Below are positions 27,320-32,000 of a stretch of DNA of 32,000 nucleotides, piece after piece. A program made the translations under genes and the position numbers. The DNA is taken from positions 1,140,001-1,172,000 of the forward strand of contig NC_013771.1 in NCBI RefSeq assembly GCF_000025125.1, read 5' to 3'. Every line of letters starts with the position of its first letter. Positions within the stretch are counted from its first letter, which is position 1. Under the pieces are notes generated by a model. The model saw nothing but the letters and a program-made list of their open reading frames with translations, searched no databases and had not been told where the DNA came from. Source of the DNA: Candidatus Atelocyanobacterium thalassa isolate ALOHA. GTDB taxonomy: Bacteria > Cyanobacteriota > Cyanobacteriia > Cyanobacteriales > Microcystaceae.

Positions 27320-27862
27320 ATGGCAATAGCTAAATTTAACCATAAATTTATTTCAATAATATTAGTAGAAGTTTGTCTTTTTTTCTTACTTTTTTTAGGG
27401 ATAAGTCCTAGTCAAGCATTAGCTAGTATGTATGATGATCATTTTGATGGAAATGTTTTCATAGTTTATGCTGGTAATGGTTCTTTAGTGCCAGCAAAAA
27501 CAACCTTACATGATTCTTTAAAACGTCAAATTCCAACAGTTATTGTTTATTATTTAGACGATAGTCCTAATTCTAAGCAATTTGCTGCAACTGTTTCAAA
27601 AATACAGGAGTTTTATGGTCGAGCAGCTAATATCATACCTGTTACAGTCGACAGTATTCCTGTAAAAGATACATATACTAAAGAAGAACTAGGATATTAC
27701 TATCAAGATGTTGTACCTCAGATAGTGATTTTAGATAGTCACGGGCAGAAAGCTCTCGACGTTAAAGGACAAGTAGATTACGAAGTAATAGATGATGCCT
27801 TACGAGAAATATTTGATTTATTACCACGTTCTGAATCTATAGAATTGAAACGTCTATCTTGA
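27320..27862 (+). CDS. Secreted/lumenal thioredoxin-fold protein lacking the CxxC active site
   Basis: Signal-peptide-like N-terminus ending SQALA, then a thioredoxin-like VIVYYLDDSPNSKQF block where WCxxC would sit (SPNS codons at 27563-27574); 180 aa. From memory this resembles a conserved cyanobacterial family linked to thylakoid/PSI accumulation; I cannot verify that here. Confidence 0.6.
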   Translation: MAIAKFNHKFISIILVEVCLFFLLFLGISPSQALASMYDDHFDGNVFIVYAGNGSLVPAKTTLHDSLKRQIPTVIVYYLDDSPNSKQFAATVSKIQEFYGRAANIIPVTVDSIPVKDTYTKEELGYYYQDVVPQIVILDSHGQKALDVKGQVDYEVIDDALREIFDLLPRSESIELKRLS

Positions 27863-28111
27863 AGTAATGCTAAACCACAAAAGACCTTATCAATTTGATT
27901 AAATTTATTCTTTATTAATAAAAATTTTCTTTTTAATAAAAAAATACTAAATTAGGAACTTTAATTTACATTTTAACGTTATGGAAGTTATAAGTAATAT
28001 TGTTAAATTTTCTCTTTTATAACTTACTTAATATTTGATACAAAATAGGTAAGGTATGAGAAATGAGCCATATTTATTTTTTAATTCCTATTCTCAAGTA
28101 GAATTAATTAC

Positions 28112-29536
28112 TTGAAGAACATAAAAATCATTTGTTATAGTAATTTGTCTAATCAATCTTTCTATTCTCTTAATACGCCTTTATTTGGAACAGATGGAAT
28201 CCGTGGAAAGGCTGGAGATTTGTTGACAGCTTCATTTGCAGTTCAATTAGGTTTTTGGGCTGGAGAAGTGTTGAAGTCAGAAAAAACTGTTCCAGGACCC
28301 ATAATTATTGGTCAAGACTCTCGCAATTCAAGTGACATGTTAGCTATGTCAATAGCTTCAGGCTTAGCTTCCACAGGAATCGATGTATGGTATTTAGGGC
28401 TATGTCCTACACCTTGCGTAGCTTACATAACGAATACAAGCGAAGCAATAGGAGGAATAATGATTTCTGCAAGTCATAACCCGCCTGAAGATAATGGAAT
28501 TAAGTTTTTTGATACTAATGGAATTAAACTTTCTACTGCTATATCTCAAAAGATAGAAGAAGGATTACGAGGGGAGCTACTACCAACTGTAAGTCAAAAA
28601 AAATTATGGGGTAAAATTTTATATAAAAATAATTTAATCAATAATTATTATGATTTTTTAAGGAAAAGTCTTCCCCCATCTTTTAGTTGTAGAGGAATGA
28701 GAATAGTTTTAGATTTAGCTTGGGGAGCCTCAGTTAATATTGCTCCAAATATATTCAAACAATTAGACGCTACAGTATTTTCTTTGCATGAAGAACCAAA
28801 AGGAGAGTTGATTAATGTTAACTGTGGTTCAACTAATTTAAAATTATTACAACAGGCAGTTGAAAAATATAAAGCTGATATCGGATTTGCTTTTGATGGA
28901 GATGCTGATAGAGTCATGGCTGTTGATAATACAGGTCAAATTGTAGATGGAGACTTCATATTATTTTTGTGGGGTAAATACCTTATGCAAAAGGGAAATC
29001 TTCCTGATAATTTATTGGTTACCACCATAATGGCAAATCTAGGTTTTGAAAAAGCTTGGGAGAAGCTAGGAGGTACTTTAATACGTACACCTGTTGGCGA
29101 CCGTTATGTTCAAGCAAAAATGATAGAAACTGGTGCTAAATTAGGTGGTGAGCAATCTGGGCATATAATTTGTCATAATCACGGAATTTCAGGAGATGGT
29201 ATACAAACATCTCTTCAAATATGCTCACTACTTCAACAATCAGAAACATCTTTATCTAAATTAGTCGAAAACAGTTTTAAGCCTTATCCTCAAATTCTAC
29301 ATAATATTAGATTTAAAGATAGAAACTCACTAAACCTTTGGAAAGATTGCGAGGCATTGCAAAAAGGGATTGAAGTTGCAAAACAGTCTATGAAATCTAA
29401 CGGACGAGTATTAGTAAGGGCCTCAGGTACAGAACCTTTACTTCGTATTATGATCGAATCAGAATCTTCTGATATTGCTCAATATTGGATTAATTATTTA
29501 GTATCGATAGTTGAAAAGTATTTAAATATCAAATAA
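28112..29536 (+). CDS. glmM: Phosphoglucosamine mutase
   Basis: LFGTDGIRGKAG, phosphoserine loop SASHNPPEDNGIKFF, Mg site FDGDADR and GGEQSGH. No in-frame ATG precedes the conserved N-terminus, so the start is the TTG at 28112 or the TTG at 28145. Confidence 0.9.
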   Translation: MKNIKIICYSNLSNQSFYSLNTPLFGTDGIRGKAGDLLTASFAVQLGFWAGEVLKSEKTVPGPIIIGQDSRNSSDMLAMSIASGLASTGIDVWYLGLCPTPCVAYITNTSEAIGGIMISASHNPPEDNGIKFFDTNGIKLSTAISQKIEEGLRGELLPTVSQKKLWGKILYKNNLINNYYDFLRKSLPPSFSCRGMRIVLDLAWGASVNIAPNIFKQLDATVFSLHEEPKGELINVNCGSTNLKLLQQAVEKYKADIGFAFDGDADRVMAVDNTGQIVDGDFILFLWGKYLMQKGNLPDNLLVTTIMANLGFEKAWEKLGGTLIRTPVGDRYVQAKMIETGAKLGGEQSGHIICHNHGISGDGIQTSLQICSLLQQSETSLSKLVENSFKPYPQILHNIRFKDRNSLNLWKDCEALQKGIEVAKQSMKSNGRVLVRASGTEPLLRIMIESESSDIAQYWINYLVSIVEKYLNIK

Positions 29537-29564
29537 TTCATAAAAAATATTAATTATATTATTT

Positions 29565-30311
29565 TTAATGAGTTAGAATTTCATATCCTTCATGTGTTAC
29601 TAAAACTGTATGTTCAAATTGTGCAGACAAACCAGTATCAACAGTTATTGCAGTCCAGCCATTTGGCAATATTTTAGTATATTTTGATTTTTGATTTACT
29701 ATTGGTTCAATCGTAAATATCATTCCAGCTTTTAAGTTGGTATCAAAAATTTGTTGAGATAAAGAACTAAATATTACTGGTTCTTCGTGTAAATTATAAC
29801 CTATGCCATGGCCTGTATATTCTTCTACTACCGTATATTCATATGTATCAACAACCTTTGTAATAGCAGCTGCTATATCTGATACGTAATTTCCTTCTTT
29901 AACTTTTTTAATACCTGCGTATAGGGCCTCTTCGGCAGCTTTGATTAAACAAAGTGCCTCTAATGAAACTTTCTCAATAGGAATTGTAATACAAGAATCT
30001 CCATGAAATCCTTGATAATATACACCTATATCTACTTTTACAATATCACCAGATAGGATTGTTCTCTGATTACTTGGAATACCATGACTTACCTCGTTAT
30101 TAATACTTATGCAAATTGAATGAGAGTATCCACAATAACCTTTAAAACTAGGTTTGGCATCCATTTCTTTAATTCTGTACTCAGCATAAGAGTCTATATC
30201 TTTTGTGGTAATACCAGGCTTTATAATTTCTTTAATTTCATTCAGAATTTTAAAAACAATATAAGAAGAATGCCTTATTGTCTTAATTTCTGTATCTGAT
30301 TTAATCTGCAT
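29565..30311 (-). CDS. map: Type I methionine aminopeptidase
   Basis: 248 aa with the metal-ligand blocks DIVKVDIG, FHGDS, TGHGIG, FTIEP and QFEHT, in the standard order. Confidence 0.92.
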   Translation of the reverse strand: MQIKSDTEIKTIRHSSYIVFKILNEIKEIIKPGITTKDIDSYAEYRIKEMDAKPSFKGYCGYSHSICISINNEVSHGIPSNQRTILSGDIVKVDIGVYYQGFHGDSCITIPIEKVSLEALCLIKAAEEALYAGIKKVKEGNYVSDIAAAITKVVDTYEYTVVEEYTGHGIGYNLHEEPVIFSSLSQQIFDTNLKAGMIFTIEPIVNQKSKYTKILPNGWTAITVDTGLSAQFEHTVLVTHEGYEILTH

Positions 30312-30344
30312 AGTTTGAACATAAGGTCTATTAAAAAATTTATA

Positions 30345-31184
30345 TCATCCTTTAACTGCACCAGCTGTTAGTCCTGCTACAATTCTTTTTTGGAAAAAGA
30401 AAACTAGTAAAATTAGCGGGAAGGTTCCTAAAACTGTAGCGGCTGATATTGGGCCATATGGAATTTCAAAAACACTTGAACCTCCAATTTGAGCCGTTGC
30501 GACAGGAATAGTTTTCATTGTTTCGCGAGTTATAAAAGTCAAAGAAAATATATATTCATTCCATGTAAAGATAAACGTCAAAATTCCTGTTGTAACTAGA
30601 GCAGGAAAAGTTAAAGGTAATAAAATTTGAGTTAGCATTGGGATGATTTTATAACCGTCTATGCGAGCTGCATCTTCCAATTCTTTTGGTAATTTTTGAA
30701 AAAAACTACGCATTATTAAAATTGTTAGCGGTAAATTAATTCCAGAATATGGAATGATTAAAGCTAAATAATTATTTCCTAAATTTAAAAATCTTATTGT
30801 TTCTAATAATCCTAAAAATAATAAAACATAAGGGAACAAAGACACTATTGAAATTAATATAAGAATCAGGTTTTTACTATGAATATTTATTCTCGCAAGT
30901 ATATAAGCAGCTGGAGAGCCAATTACTAAGCATATAATTGTAGATATTGTAGAAACAAAAATACTGTTAAAAATGTAAAGAACAAAAGGACGTCGTTTAA
31001 ATAACTCTACATAGTGCTCAAAAGTTATAAGTTTTGGAAAATAAATATTAGGTATGGTAGAAATATCTTCACTAGTTTTTATAGACGTTAAAACTTGCCA
31101 TATCACTGGTATTAAAAAAAAAGAAGTTATAAAAAAGATACTGACATTAAGAATTATATAATTGCTATTTTTACCCCATTTCAT
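30345..31184 (-). CDS. Carbohydrate-type ABC transporter permease (MalG/UgpE-like)
   Basis: Six-TM permease with the EAA loop LEDAARIDGYKIIPMLTQILLP. ATG preceded by GAGGAG (complement of about 31197-31202). Confidence 0.85.
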   Translation of the reverse strand: MKWGKNSNYIILNVSIFFITSFFLIPVIWQVLTSIKTSEDISTIPNIYFPKLITFEHYVELFKRRPFVLYIFNSIFVSTISTIICLVIGSPAAYILARINIHSKNLILILISIVSLFPYVLLFLGLLETIRFLNLGNNYLALIIPYSGINLPLTILIMRSFFQKLPKELEDAARIDGYKIIPMLTQILLPLTFPALVTTGILTFIFTWNEYIFSLTFITRETMKTIPVATAQIGGSSVFEIPYGPISAATVLGTFPLILLVFFFQKRIVAGLTAGAVKG

Positions 31185-31250
31185 TATTTTAATAGTCTCC
31201 TCTTCTATCTAGCAGATTTCAAACAGTATATCTAATGATATTGCGAATAT

Positions 31251-32000
31251 TTATCTATCTTTTTTAAAACTTAGTAACAAAACTCCAACAAGTCCAACAA
31301 TTACTATTAATAATAAAAAAGTTATTACAACTAGAGTGGCACCATAACCAAAGTCTAGATATCTCATAACCGTTGCATAAATATAAATTGAAACAGTTTC
31401 TGTCGCTCCGGCAGGACCTCCTCCTGTCATAACTTGAACCAAATCAAATACGCCAAAAGCTTGAGCAAATCTAAACAATACCGCAATTAATACCTGGGGC
31501 ATAATCAAAGGCAAAGTAATTTGGCAAAAACTTTGCCAAGGTTTTGCGCCATCTATAGAATGCGCTTCGTATAAGTCTTGTGGAATTGATTGTAAGCCCG
31601 ATAATAGGATGATACCAAGAAATGGAGTTGTTTTCCAGACATCTGCAATAATCAAAACAAGCATTGCTAAAGTTGGATTACCTAACCAATTAATTCCAGT
31701 ATGAATGACGCCTAAGCGTTGCAAGATATCGTTAACGACTCCATATTGATCATTAAAGATCCATGCCCAAGCTAATCCCATTATTGCAGTTGGTAATGCC
31801 CAAGGAATCATAGAAATAACTCTAACGGCACTTCTACCAAAAAAAGTTTGGTTTAAAATTAAGGCCAAAATCATTCCTAAAATCAACTCTAAAGTAACGC
31901 TTATTGTAGTGAATACAGATGTATTCCAGATGGCTTGTAAAAATCGTCCATCTCTTGACATTCGAAAATAATTAGATAATCCTGAGAAAACAGGTTCCAA
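31251..32000 (-). CDS. Carbohydrate-type ABC transporter permease (MalF/UgpA-like), N-terminus outside the window
   Basis: EAA loop LYEAHSIDGAKPWQSFCQITLP. The M at the window edge is an artefact of a TTG codon there, so the gene continues beyond 32000. Confidence 0.85.
   Translation of the reverse strand: MEPVFSGLSNYFRMSRDGRFLQAIWNTSVFTTISVTLELILGMILALILNQTFFGRSAVRVISMIPWALPTAIMGLAWAWIFNDQYGVVNDILQRLGVIHTGINWLGNPTLAMLVLIIADVWKTTPFLGIILLSGLQSIPQDLYEAHSIDGAKPWQSFCQITLPLIMPQVLIAVLFRFAQAFGVFDLVQVMTGGGPAGATETVSIYIYATVMRYLDFGYGATLVVITFLLLIVIVGLVGVLLLSFKKDR

Noticed and set aside
28648-28917. 89-aa minus-strand ORF inside glmM
   Set aside because: It is antisense to glmM and has no motifs.
1-32000. 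Search for tRNA/rRNA/tmRNA/RNase P/4.5S/6S-like genes, CRISPR repeats, IS elements and small photosynthesis/cytochrome peptides (petG/N/L/M, psaI/J/M) in the spacers
   Set aside because: No G/C-rich cloverleaf-capable segments, no spaced direct repeats and no transposase-like ORFs were found. Among ATG ORFs on the plus strand of the main spacers I found no hydrophobic 25-45-codon ORF with a plausible ribosome binding site. The minus strand was checked in only some spacers. This scan was by eye and could miss degenerate elements.

Overview
AT-rich, gene-dense window, read by eye at roughly 30% GC. It carries 27 protein-coding genes, almost all housekeeping, with a clear cyanobacterial signature: ccsA, a CikA-like GAF histidine kinase, a cyAbrB-type regulator, Ni-SOD sodN/sodX, cobN and cbiB. 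In order the genes are: tilS (partial), ccsA, ruvB, a GT9 glycosyltransferase, nadD, nadE, an LD-carboxypeptidase, an SDR epimerase, trmD, clpS, a CPBP protease, a Cu P-type ATPase, holB, the CikA-like kinase, cobN, sodN, sodX, a cysQ-like phosphatase, cbiB, cyAbrB, a membrane J-protein, a CxxC-less thioredoxin-fold protein, glmM, map and two sugar-type ABC permeases. Composition plus gene content suggest a genome-reduced unicellular cyanobacterium of the Crocosphaera/UCYN-A or spheroid-body type. That is a guess I cannot verify without a database search. I found no rRNA, tRNA, CRISPR, transposase, phage or defence genes, and no convincing new multi-gene system; this looks like ordinary core genome. 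Four things deserve a second look. (1) A one-base homopolymer indel puts the conserved C-terminal GLHSYGW motif of CcsA out of frame. (2) Three long perfect palindromes (17, 19 and 16 bp arms) sit in spacers, two of them between divergent genes where a terminator makes no sense. (3) Three spacers are unusually long: 869 bp and 507 bp flanking cyAbrB, and about 680 bp between trmD and clpS. (4) The CikA-like kinase has details worth checking. Several longest-ORF starts in the supplied track are TTG/GTG extensions, and I trimmed them where a conserved N-terminus begins at an internal ATG.
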